A DNA stretch of 63,640 nt, counting the filler. It is 13 parts of 13 records of this genome, joined end to end, with 100 filler letters (N's around TTAATTAATTAA, not from the genome) between each part and the next. Parts side by side here need not be neighbours in the genome. Positions count along the whole stretch, not along the records: positions 8,253 to 13,794 come from SRR7504441_3145; positions 13,895 to 17,078 come from SRR7504441_3146; positions 17,179 to 26,016 come from SRR7504441_3147; 10 more parts are not named here. One strand, 5' to 3'. Each line of letters starts with the position of its first letter. Position 1 is the stretch's first letter. The notes beneath the pieces are model-generated. The model ran no database searches. It worked only from the letters and a program-made list of their open reading frames with translations, and was not told where the DNA came from. Position numbers and translations under genes: made by a program. Below, in pieces: positions 10,549-21,494 of the stretch.

Positions 10549-13500
10549 TCAGCCGTTATTCGGAATGCGTTTAAGTTGATAGATGATTTCCTCCATGCTC
10601 GGTCTCGCACACTCATCCGTCCTCAAGCATTGCTCTACTAAACTTTGAAGCGCCGTGCCGTGTTGTGACGGGATTTCGTCTGCTAAGCTAGGTTGAGGCA
10701 ACGGATGCAAACTAACGTCTTCCACCGACTCTGTGGAATCGTCCAACATTGAAAGTCCGGCCTTCATCACTGCAGCCTCGAGCGCCTCACACGCGTCGTA
10801 TCGTGAGCCGAACCGCGAAACACAATGCGGGTCGGCGTGGTGGTCTAAATACGGTGTAGCAAGCATAGCCAACTCCCATATTAACAGACCCATCATGAAG
10901 CTGTCCGTCTTGACTGAAGCATACCGGCAAGTGAGGTACTCATGAGGCATCCGTGCGAGCTGAATCTGTCCATTGTCCCCAATCGGAGCGGCCTCTGTGG
11001 ACTGCAGATGCGTGTCCTCATACACCGCAAACCCAGTGCGCTCGCACACCTGATCTGCCACCCTAGCCGAGCCAAAGTCCGTTACCTGCAACCGCAATCA
11101 TTGCACTGGTGCGCTGGGGTTGCTCGCCTTGGCCACTGGCTCGTCGCCCTCCTGATGGTCGACTAAGATGTTGGCCTCCCAGACATCCCTGTGCAGCACC
11201 TGCCACGTGTTCAGGCCCGAATGATCCGACAGCACACCGGAGGTAGTGCCCTGTGCAGGTGGGCTAGGCCTGAGGCCGCGCCGATCAAGACCGTCACCAT
11301 CCGCTCCAGAAATGCAAGCTGATCAGATTGACCAAACTGCCGGAGCCAAGCCATCGACGAAGCGCCGTGCACTCTCTCTAAGACTACAGTGACTCCGGGC
11401 GTTTCGCCGTTCTCGTCCCTGCCAGAGACGACACCAAACGCCTGGCGTTTAGGGTCAGGGTGGGACAGACAAGGGCGTTGACCTGCACTAGATTGGGGCT
11501 GGGGCCGACTCGAGCCAGCATTCTAGCCTCGTGAATGGCTAGTCGAGCGGTCTGAAAGTCGCCCTCGACTTCGCCACAGCATTTGAGAACTTTGATTGCT
11601 ACCTCGTCCACATCCGGCAGCGCACTGTGACTGCATCGAGCGGCCAGCACACGACTGAACGCGCCCTCCCCCAGCGGGTCAGCGTCGTCAGGCCAGCTCA
11701 AGCACTGCTGCTGAAGCTGCAACAGCGAGCCCCACTGTGCAGGGACCTGACAGACACTGAGTAACGACTAGCGCAAGCAAGCTGACCTCCCCCTGGGAAA
11801 GAAACAGCCCAATGCCTGCGTCCAGCGCCTGCCGCAGACTTGACACAGTATCGAGGAAATCCTGAGCAACAGCGCCCGGGTTGGCACGACCCGCTGCATC
11901 TACCATCCGCCGCACCTGCCCAGCAGACTGAGCCGTGCGGCCCACATTAACACCTCATGCTCACACAGAGCTGCCCGGTCCTCCAGCTCAGCCCAGCCTG
12001 GCCGGTCCGGGCACTCGCCCCACGGCTGGAAGCTGAGCACATGATTTATGGTCTCGCTAAGATGGTGGAGTGACTGCTCAGCGTGGTCCACTCTTAAATT
12101 GAGCACAGACAACTTCACCTGGAAGTCGCAGTCTGGACCAACCAGCGGGCAGCTGCTGGCACGGACGCGGAGGTCGGACATACAAACTCTAAAAACAGCC
12201 GCTTCGTGCATGCGCGCGCCGAAATGAGCCACGAACTCGACTCCGTGCAAGAGATCTCGCATCACTCGCAGCAGCGCTGTGCGAGCCACCCGGCCTTGCA
12301 CAGCCTCGAGCCACGGAGCCAACCGGTGATTCTCGGCAGACTCTAGCACCAGCGACATGCTCGGGGGCGCAGTGACCATCCCTACGACCTCGATAACGTT
12401 CCGGTGCCAGCCAGAACCAGGGACAGTTAGCGCCCACCGCAGAGCATTCAGCTCCTCACGGACAGTCTCCAGGCCAAACTCTAGCTCCCTGCCACGCCGG
12501 TCGGCTAGAAAACACAGCGCCACACCTTGTGCTCAGTGGCTTGAGCACACAGCGCTGGCCGCGGTAACGGAGCACCTCCCTGTCTTCGTCGTCTTGCACC
12601 TGCCCGCCGTTTCGACCCGTCTCCAACCAGCGTTTGGTCTCACCAACGCTGCAGCAAACACCGCCTGGACGGGCTGGCCCACTGACTGGGCTGAGGCCGG
12701 GCGCTCGAGTAGCGGTACTGTCAGCGAGGTGAGCGCAGTGTCTTCGGACAGAGCGCGGGGGGAGCAGGCTAGTCTGACCGCGTATTGACAAGTGCGAGAC
12801 CATTTGTCTGGCTGGAGCTTGCCCTCAGCTGTGAGCAGGCTGTTTATGCGGGAGGGAAGTAGGGCCCAGAACTTTTGATCCTCGTATAGAAGCACGAACA
12901 GCACAACAGCGTCCACCCCTAGCGCGATCGCGTAAAGTATTCCGATCCAGTCAGCAGACCATTGCATCATCGCCGCCCACGCTGTGAATGCAGATACCAT
13001 CGACATTCCAAACAGCGTCCTGCGGGGCACCCGCGGCCTGTCCAGGGCCAGCGCGTTGCACAGCAGCAGTACAGTCCGTATGCCTCCTATCGAGCTCTCC
13101 ATAAAGGCCTCCCATGCAAAGGAGCAGCACGGTGCTGTCAAATTGTGGCTGCACCGACCCACTTCAGTCAGCCGAGTAACGTCTCTCAGCGCACGGGTGA
13201 GCCCCATGGCGTGGCCCCCAAAGCAGGAGATCTGAATCATGCCTTTAACTAGGCCAACGCAGTATAACACTGAGCAAATCCCTACGACGAGCGTCCACCG
13301 GGCCTTCTGGCGCCCCGCGCTGTAGCCTAGGAGGAAGTACGCCTCAGCCACGAAGGCGGCGTAGTACACCGCCATTCCCAGCGTGATGCCCGTGCTGACC
13401 ACGCTGTTGGGGTCGGTCTGCAAGCCCATCACAGTGGGGTAGAGCACAACGATCATCGCCAGAGTCCGTGAGGCCAGCGCCCCTATGTACATTGGGTTGA

Positions 13501-13762
13501 GGCTCCAAATCCCGTACACCAGCTCCCAGCTGTCGTGGTCCAGCAGCTGCCGGGATCGGCACAGCCCCGCCAGCCAAGCCACCGTCTGGGCCGATTTGGA
13601 CCGGTCCAGCCAGTGGGGGGAGCTGGACGAGCGGAGCACGTACCGTGCCGCAAGGACCAGCGAGAAGCAGCAGATGTTAAAGCAACAGATGAGCACGTAC
13701 ATGATACTCCATTCCCAGGTGTAAATCCGCCCAATCTCGTCCACCCGCCGGCTCGGATCCAT
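10549..13762 (-). CDS. Multi-pass (about 7 TM) membrane protein with a degenerate kinase-like domain and a C-terminal TKL-type kinase; at least 8 exons
   Basis: Spliced product has LGEGAFSRV, VAIK, HRDVWEAN, VTDFG, KTDSFMMGLLIWE and CL..RPSM. Introns: 11086-11127 (GC-AG), 11200-11237, 11442-11482, 11747-11786, 11916-11953, 12489-12525, 12600-12643. The 5' end may be truncated. Confidence 0.8.
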
Positions 13763-14327
13763 CGAACTCCTGATAAACCCGGCGCAGCGCAGCCNNNNNN
13801 NNNNNNNNNNNNNNNNNNNNNNNNNNNNNNNNNNNNNNTTAATTAATTAANNNNNNNNNNNNNNNNNNNNNNNNNNNNNNNNNNNNNNNNNNNNGGCGGC
13901 AGGTGCTGGCTGCCCCAATGGCCGTTAGTACCAGCATTGTGTTGATGCACTTGTCGAGTACGCTTCACCCTCCCGCAGGAGGCACAGCGCTGATTGCAGT
14001 GATCGGATCAGACAGAATGCACGATCTCGGTTGTAATGCTAGATATAAGCTAGCGGCCTGATCGGTGTGCGGCAGGGTTTCTGTGGGTGGTCTCACCGGT
14101 GATGATGAGTGCGTTGGTACTACTTGTGGTCTCCTTGATAGGTAATAATCTGCTCGGTATCCAGTATCCGAGCTATTGGCTCGGCGGTGACACAATACTC
14201 TGATACCGTGTAATCAACGAAATTCGTATATTGTGTATGAGTGTTGTCTATATATATCTAAGAGTGCGCCATTCAGTATGCATTCAGTACTTGCGTTGCA
14301 TTAATCGTGAACTTATAATCATCACAG

Positions 14328-15937
14328 TCACGAGATCGATGACTTGAAGCCAATCTCGACCACCCTCTCACGCGAGCCTTCCTGTGATTGCAGCGAGCTT
14401 GTCGACCCCACAAACTCCCACTGGCGCCTGCCCGGCCTGATCGGTCCAGCCCCCCGGCCATCGCACCCTGCCGTCCTGTCCCACCAGGACTGATTGACCG
14501 GCCGGAAAGCGACCAGCATGGCGTCGTCTGTCTTGCCGCATCCTTGCTGCCCCCGGCCCTTCATCAACTGCTTCATGTGCCCCTCAAGCCTCTCGATCTC
14601 TCCCGCTAGCCCGTGATCTCCCGGGCTCCCTGCCATCGTCCCCTCCAGCTGGGCCTCATCCACTCGCCGCCGCAGCCGCTGGTATTCCAATTCACTCCTG
14701 TAGAAGTCGCGCTCCTGCACCACGCTCACTACAAGCCCCAATCCCAACGGCTGCCTTGATCTGCCGCCGCTGGGTGGCCCAGTCCACATAGTTGGACAGC
14801 CTGCGCACCAGCGAGGCGCACGAGACACAATCCAGCTGGCCGCGTGTCGGGCCCCAGCTGGCGAGCTCGGGCAGCGTCGGGAGCTCCAGGCTCGGCCACT
14901 CGGCGCGCGGCGTGGAGTCAAACAGTGGCCTGTGCCCTGGGTGAGTTGGGCGCCAGGGGGGGGGCACATGGCCGCAATGCGAGGGATTAGATCCAGGCTG
15001 GCCAGGTTGTCCATCAGTCCGTCGGTGGCCAGCAGCACAATGCTCGTCTTCGGGTCGGAAGGCACATCAAAGCACGACACCTGCAGACACAAGCTCTAGC
15101 GCAGCACTAGCCAGGCCGACCTCCCCAAACGTCCCCAGTCCAGCTATCAGCTGGCCGCCCGAATCCGTTGGATCTTCGCGCGCCACCTGCCCGGCCTTGA
15201 GCCGCGTCTCCAGTCCATGGTGTCGCCTTGGTGAGCAAGTCTACTTGCCCCGTGCTGGTATCAATCAGCAGCACAGCACAGTCACCTATCGTCGCCCCGC
15301 GGACCAACTTACCGCCGTCGCAGCACCACGCCACAGCCCCCGTGCTGCTCCCGCCCTCGGCCCGGCACCCGGCCGCATCCGGCCGCTCGGCCGGGCTCGG
15401 GAGCGCAGTTGCCAGCTGGAAGATGAGATCGGCTAGGTCGGGCAGCCCACCGGGCCCGAGCAGGTCGACCCTGCGGCTGGCCAGATAGTCGAGCACGAAC
15501 TCGGTGAAGTGCTGGGCGGCGTGCAGGTTAACCTCGCCCCCCGCCGAGACCCCATCGAACACCGCCCCGAAGTTGCACCCAGACAGCCGACTTTGGCCAT
15601 ACCCGCCTCGGTCCATGTTCATCCCCGTCTGTGTGCAGTAGCTGCTCTGGTAGTACTCCCGGCACACAGTGCTGCAATGCGCCTGCCCCCCGCTCGCGGT
15701 TGGCCAGGCGGCGGGGCTCGCCCAGGCCGCGCTGCTGTCTGCCGCCTCAGTCAGCCCCTGGGAGTAGAGCTGCGGGCTGGTAAGTTGGACGGGCTGGTCC
15801 TGCAGCAGCCGCTCGTGCCCTAGCTCCCGGTCTGGGTCCTCGCTTGCGCAACAGTCCACTATCCCGACTGACGACGGGGCCAATCCCATTGTGCTGTTGG
15901 AAAAACCGGGTGCTGCACCTCCCAAATTGTAAGTCAC
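14328..15937 (-). CDS. PP2C/PPM-family protein phosphatase, at least 5 exons; start uncertain
   Basis: AVFDGV, GGSST, IGDC, LATDGLMDN and KTDDAML motifs. Introns: 14715-14754 (GC), 14930-14967, 15081-15120, 15187-15226 (GC). Confidence 0.8.
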
Positions 15938-16106
15938 CCACGCAGGTGTTAGGTAGTCTATCTGGTAGTCTACGTGTATTGTGTTCTAACATGTGTATCG
16001 AGTGACTATTTCTAAATTTTTACAGTCAAAACTTATTCATGTATTATTCATGCGCAACTTCATCGAGTATAATCACATCGATCGCGAGAGTCTCGACTCA
16101 GGTTAA

Positions 16107-16559
16107 TTAATCCTGAGGTAATTTCGTAGTAACAGAAGAGGTGGGTTTGCCGATTGGGTTTGAACTCAAACGCTGGCGTTTAGGTTTGAACCTGTCTGAC
16201 TCATCGACCACGGTCCATCGCAACTTCATCTTGCCTTTCCCCTTGTGGGAACTGTCCAAACTCTCTGAGACGCTGTCCTCCACACTTCGCCAGGATGAGT
16301 GCATCCGGCTCACCCAGTCTTTGTGGCGGCCGCCGCAATCGCATCGAATCCTGACACGGCCGTCCGAGGAGGCCGAGTTTGATCGCTTCTCCTCACCGCA
16401 GTAATCACATTTGTACAGCTGTGTTTGAGATCCAAGCGACACGCTCGACTGGCCAAGTGAGTGCGCCAGAGAGCTCATCTCAGAGGAGACCGTGCGTCGA
16501 GCTTGGTAACAATGCTTTGCACAAACTTGGTGTGGTTTAGGTCGTCCGTCGCAAGCCAC
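16107..16559 (-). CDS. Hypothetical protein with a Cys/His putative zinc-binding module; 5' exons probably extend to about 16867
   Basis: CDYC...RIRCDCGGRH...MH pattern followed by a basic NLS-like KPKRQR. Confidence 0.55.
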   Translation of the reverse strand: MACDGRPKPHQVCAKHCYQARRTVSSEMSSLAHSLGQSSVSLGSQTQLYKCDYCGEEKRSNSASSDGRVRIRCDCGGRHKDWVSRMHSSWRSVEDSVSESLDSSHKGKGKMKLRWTVVDESDRFKPKRQRLSSNPIGKPTSSVTTKLPQD

Positions 16560-17178
16560 TGACTTTATTCAACGGACGCGGCTTTCGGATGCGTGCCGGC
16601 CGGCCGGCTCCAGCCAGCTGTTCCTCCTCACAGCTGGCGGCTGCGCGGTGGGCCTCGCTCTCGCCCTGTACCTCGCACTGGGCCGCCAACAGTGCCGCAC
16701 CTTTCGGCCATCTGACCCCGCCAAGAAAAGGCAGCGTGCACCTTCGACTGCGAGCCCGCCCGGCGTCAAATCGCCGCCGAGACTGCCAAGAGGGTCGGCG
16801 AAGCAAAGGGCACGGCCGCATTTGCGCTGCAGTGCGGTGAGGAGGGGGGTGCTCTGGCGACCATCATCAGCGGCGACCTCAACACAGTGGCGGGCACCCC
16901 CGAGCTTGAGTTAATTAATAAGCTTGAGTGCTTGCGAACGGCCGGTTTCACGATTTTGACATTAATGGGAGACTTAGTAACAGATCGCCATCATATAGCC
17001 GTCATATAGCCCAACTCGAGTTTGCGAAGCTCGCCGCAAGGCATTTGGCTGAGCACTATTCGATTGCTAGCGTACTGCNNNNNNNNNNNNNNNNNNNNNN
17101 NNNNNNNNNNNNNNNNNNNNNNTTAATTAATTAANNNNNNNNNNNNNNNNNNNNNNNNNNNNNNNNNNNNNNNNNNNN

Positions 17179-17459
17179 GGGGGGGGGGGGGTCGCACCGT
17201 ACTTTGGCTCCTGGAGGACGGCGGCCCGGTGGAGGCCGTAGAACTGTGCGGTGCACTCGGTCCCGGCCAGCTCGAGCAGCGGAGGCAAACCGCCCGGGTG
17301 GAGCATGCCGAACCGCGTGAGGTCGTACACCCCGCCTGCCCAGCGGCTCACGGTGCGGCTGTCGGGGGCCCCGGCACCGTCGATCGCCACCCACAGGTCG
17401 TCCGCCCGGTTGTGCTGGGCCACTTCGTCCAGCCCGATTGTCCGCTCCTCGGCCACCAT
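17179..17459 (-). CDS. N-terminal cytochrome b5 heme-binding domain protein (3'-truncated)
   Basis: After removing intron 17336-17377 the frame reads EVAQHNRADDLWVAIDG-GVYDLTRFGMLHPGG...AGTECTAQFYGLH, the canonical b5 motifs. Confidence 0.9.
17336..17377 (-). repeat. 42-nt GT-AG intron, twin copy A (candidate introner or copied intron)
   Basis: Sequence gtgccggggcccccgacagccgcaccgtgagccgctgggcag. Its removal restores b5 IDG-xVYD spacing. 40/42 identical to 17723-17764. Confidence 0.85.
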
Positions 17460-17591
17460 CGCCAGTGTCGATCAGGACGTGCCGTGCCCGCCGGTGGCTC
17501 AGCGACCTCTGACAGAGCTGACAGCTCAGTTTAACGGACGTCGCTCCTTGTGAGAATGGCGCGAAACTAAAATAACCACCGTGGACGAACG

Positions 17592-19458
17592 ATGCTGCAC
17601 ACCGGCCGGACCACCGTCAAGCGCAAGAAGCGAGCGGAGCTGCAGAAGCTGGCCCAGGAAGGGATGGCCTTCGGAGACGGCAACGGCAAGCTGGTCCCGC
17701 TGATCCAGATACTGCGAGACCGGTGCCGGGGCCCCCGACAGCCGCGCCGTGAGCTGCTGGGCAGGCTGCGGGCCAAGGCGAACGGGGGGGCGCGGTCAAT
17801 GGCCAACCAGTTCAAGCTGATGGACCACGACGGCAGCGGGACAATCGACGCGCAAGAGTGGCTCCGGCTGGGCGGGCGAGATGGAGCGGCGGTGCAGGTT
17901 CAATAAGTTTCTGAAGCACTGGAACATTGAGATCCCACCCAACAAGCTGAAGGACGTGATAAAGTCGTTCGATTTGAATGGAGACGGCGAGATTGATTAC
18001 ACTGAGTTTGTCAAGAAGGTGCCTGGGCAGCCTCAGCTGGGCCCTCAGCGTGGGGCCAGGTGCTGCCAGAGGACTACCCCAGTTTCCGCGGCAAGGAGTC
18101 TGCGGTAAAGATCGGCAAAGATCCCAAATATGAGGAGACTCAGAAGACGAAGAAGGAGAGGTCAATTGGCCGGGTTGCTCGTGACATTAACTGACCACAG
18201 GGAGGACTCTCGAAGGGGAATCTTGGGGAAGGTGAGGCAGCAAGTGCGTGGTAATCCGCAGAGAGACAAGCTGGTGCAGAAGGTGGTCAAATTCTACGAC
18301 GACAGGACAGGTACTGCCGAGCTAGGTGCCGCTTGCGAGCGCCTGTGCAGGTGTGTCTCTGGTTGAGTTTGAACAAATGCTTCGGAGCTTTGGAGTCCGG
18401 CTACCTCTCGCGGTTCGACTTGCCGAAAGGGGCCGGGCATGATCGGTGTGTGTTCCAGGAAGCTCGTCACGTCTTCCAGTCGGAGACGGGCGTCCCGTGT
18501 TGTGGGGGCAGAATGCCATTGCTGAACCTCCTCAAAGTGCTGCTCGGACGAGACCGGGCCCTGCACATCTGGTTGACTCGAGAGCAGGCAGGCAATGGCG
18601 TGGCACTGCCTATGGAGTGGCAAAATGTGCCGCTGCACCGGACAGAATTCCATCGCCAGGTGACCTAGGCTGCTGGTGCTACATGTTAGTCTGCGCTCTT
18701 GCAGGGCCTACCGGACTTACCAACTGGTCATAGAGGAATAAATGGAGTCAGTGCAAAGATACTGGACGATGCTGAGCGACAGCTCAGAGCAAAAATGAAT
18801 GTTCACTGTGGCCACGAACAATTTACAATGTTCAAGCTCTTTCGGGAGCACTTGCCCCGTGGTTCAGCCCCTGGCCGTGTGACTCTTGATGCTTGGAAGG
18901 CAAGATCCATACTTATTTCCAACCACTCAACTGTGCTCTGCAGGCTACCATTCCAGCACTTGGGCTCAACTTTCCGGACCCTGTCATGGCTGGCTTATTC
19001 TCTCGGTACGATGTGAACCGCAAGGGGTTTGTGGAGCTGGCTGAGCTCCAGAGGGGGCTGTTACCCGTTTTCGAGACCCAGTTCCCCAGGCTAGGAGCTT
19101 GTAAGGGAGGCGGCCATGACACTCCGGTCAGAGCGCTAGAATGCTACGCAATGGCTAATTGACTCTGTCTCTATGGCAGGCTTTGAGCTCTCGTCGGATG
19201 TCACAAGCAAACGGAATGATGACTGGGTCGCGCACGTACCCTGCACCAGAAAAGACGGGCAGAGGTCGACACAGTGTGCCGCTGACTGGACAGAGGTGGT
19301 GGCCTTCGAGATACTTGGCTCCGCCTTCAGGCCCCTTGAGGCCGAGGGGTCCGGCAGCTCCTCCCCAACTCATGCCATTTATGACACCCGATCGGGCTGA
19401 ATTGGAGATGGGAGGCTGGTGTAATCCTGAAGGACCACACAGGCGCTTTGTCCTGTGA
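17592..19458 (+). CDS. Multi-EF-hand calcium-binding protein, about 10 exons
   Basis: DHDGSGTIDAQE, DLNGDGEIDYTE and DVNRKGFVELAE loops. Introns: 17723-17764, 17858-17897, 18019-18059, 18161-18200, 18311-18350, 18413-18458, 18660-18704, 18900-18943 (GC), 19127-19179. Confidence 0.8.
17723..17764 (+). repeat. 42-nt GT-AG intron, twin copy B (candidate introner or copied intron)
   Basis: Sequence gtgccggggcccccgacagccgcgccgtgagctgctgggcag. Forms an inverted repeat with 17336-17377. Confidence 0.8.
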
Positions 19459-19684
19459 GGTTTGCCACCGTGATGAAGGAAGAATTGTCAGGAAAGAGTG
19501 CCAGTGCTTAATACTAGCTCGATACGTACGATGCACGGCTCTTGAAAGTAGTCGCTAAATCGCTAAGTGAGCACTCATGTATACATGTAGATCTAATAGG
19601 ACTTCCAGCCCTTTAAAGCTTGTATTCCCCACGTTCAGGTCTCTCTATAGTTGAGTTTACTTTCTGCATATTTGATGATAATGC

Positions 19685-21412
19685 TCAATCGACGTCTTGA
19701 GGAAGTATTGATGCACATTGAGGAGGTACCTCGTGAGCAAAGGGACACGATTCCCCATTGTTGCACCCAGATGGCGTGTTGAAAAAGCGGCATGTGCGAT
19801 TACCGGGACGTCTCGGCTTTCGGAGCACCTGACTCCGTACCCGCCCCTGCTCGTGATCAGCTTCTGTTACCACTAGTTTATGCTCCCGGCTGCCCTTGGC
19901 CTCTGGAGCATTACCTACCTTTCTCGCCCGGGCTAGAGCCTTGAGTACATGGGTGTTCGGCTCTAGCCCGTGCTGCCTCTTGGCTTGCTCTACTATCTGC
20001 TCGGCTCTCTTGTAGTCAGTGCCACATAGCTTGACCAGCGCACACGTGCTGAAGTTGTCGGGTCGGATCCGGTGAGATCTCATGGTCCGCTGCACCTGCT
20101 CAGCTGCAGGCCACACCCAGTCGGCCGAGCCAGCTGTCCGTTGCAGCGCGTTGAGCACGCTGTTGAACACCACCAGATTGGGCCGGAGCCCTTCGGCTTG
20201 CAGTTGGTGTAACGCCTCGACAGCCCCGGCCCCGTCTCCGGCTCGGGCGCATGCATTGACCAGAGAGGCATACATCACAAGGCTTGCCCGGACCCCAGAC
20301 CCATCGCGGCTCATCTGGAGCAGCCGCCACGCGTTGGCACTATCGGCCGCGACCGCGCATGCGTGCATTGCGGCCCCGATGCAGTGCTGATTTGGCGGCA
20401 CTCCAGCCACGACCATTGCGTCAAGCAACCAGAGGACACTCGGGACATCACCTGAAGAGGCCAGTCCTCGGAGCTTGGTGCTATACGAGACCATGTCGTG
20501 CGCCGGCATCCGCAGCCACACCCGCTCCAGCAGATCTAGATCCCCGGCCTGCCCCGGGCTCGGCCCAGCCCACCGGAGCCGAATGCCTTGACGCAGCTGT
20601 GCAGCCAGCTGTTGTAGCAGGCCGTGTCAGCTGGCTGGCCGCCGGCGCCTTTCTCCATGTCGTCCACAACCTGCTCGATCGGGGCGCACATGGCCTGCTC
20701 GGCCAGCGCGGCCAGCAGTGCGGAGCAGGTGGCCCTATTAGTGAGCACTCCCTGCCCCAAGTCAGCTTCCGGCCCCCGCTGGGCGGCACCTGCAGCCGCA
20801 TCAGCCGGTACACCCGGAGCCCTTGCTCGGTCAGCCCGTCCTGCGCGCACGCCACGATCAGAGCGTTGCACATCCCTGCCCCCGCTCGCACGGTAGGCTG
20901 CGGCCAGCACCGTCGTCGAGCACCGGGGCCTCGCCGCCGGCCTCGCCCACCACCGCGCTGAACACGGCGTGCGCCTCGGCGGTCCGGGCCGGGGAGCAGT
21001 GCACTAGCCGTCGGACCAGTTCGGTGCCGCTCACGTCGCTCAGTCGGGCCCCGGCGTCCTGCAGCTGCCGGAAGAGCTCGACCGACTGCTCGGGTGTCCC
21101 TAGTCGGCCGGTGCTCAGTCTGTGGATCAGCCTGTTGCAGCAGAGCGGCTCCCCGGCCAGCCCCGGCACCGGCACGGCCAGTGCCCGGTACAGCTCCAGC
21201 GCCTGGGTCGGCTCGGATCCGGCCAGCTGCACCACCGCCGCGCTGGCCGCCTGGGTGTCCTCCAGGGCGGGACTCCCGCCGCCGATCAGGGCCAGCGCGG
21301 CCGGCAGGTCCACCGGCGGCTCGATCAGCGCCCCGAGCTGCCCCCAGAACCCGGCCGGCTGCGAGCTGCCGTCGTACAGCCGGGCCGGCACCCGCTTGCC
21401 CCCAGCGGGCAT
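19685..21412 (-). CDS. Pentatricopeptide repeat protein with a C-terminal CCCH zinc finger, 4 exons
   Basis: PPR motifs (YASLVNACARAGD, PNLVVFNSVLNA, PDNFSTCALV) and CRFFNTPSGCNNGESCPFAH. Introns: 20549-20586 (GC), 20752-20789, 20876-20910. Confidence 0.85.
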
Positions 21413-21494
21413 CTCCTACCCTTGCTCCAGACTTTCTGATGTGAGTTCCGTTATTGAGCCTTATTTAGGCTGCCGCCCCGCGGTGCAGGCGGCG

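Noticed and set aside
10549-21412. Frequent frame breaks as pseudogenes, programmed frameshifts or an alternative genetic code
   Set aside because: Breaks in recognisable genes are resolved by 35-53 nt GT/GC-AG introns that restore conserved motifs. TAA, TAG and TGA all occur as true terminators.
21441-21488. Possible intron creating a split ATG upstream of the IQ coiled-coil gene
   Set aside because: Splicing gives an ATG out of frame with the coding sequence. It could be a 5' UTR intron but cannot be supported without transcripts.
20823-21494. Long plus-strand ORF overlapping the PPR gene, and the many other overlapping ORFs in the track
   Set aside because: These are shadow ORFs expected from high-GC codon usage, with no motifs.
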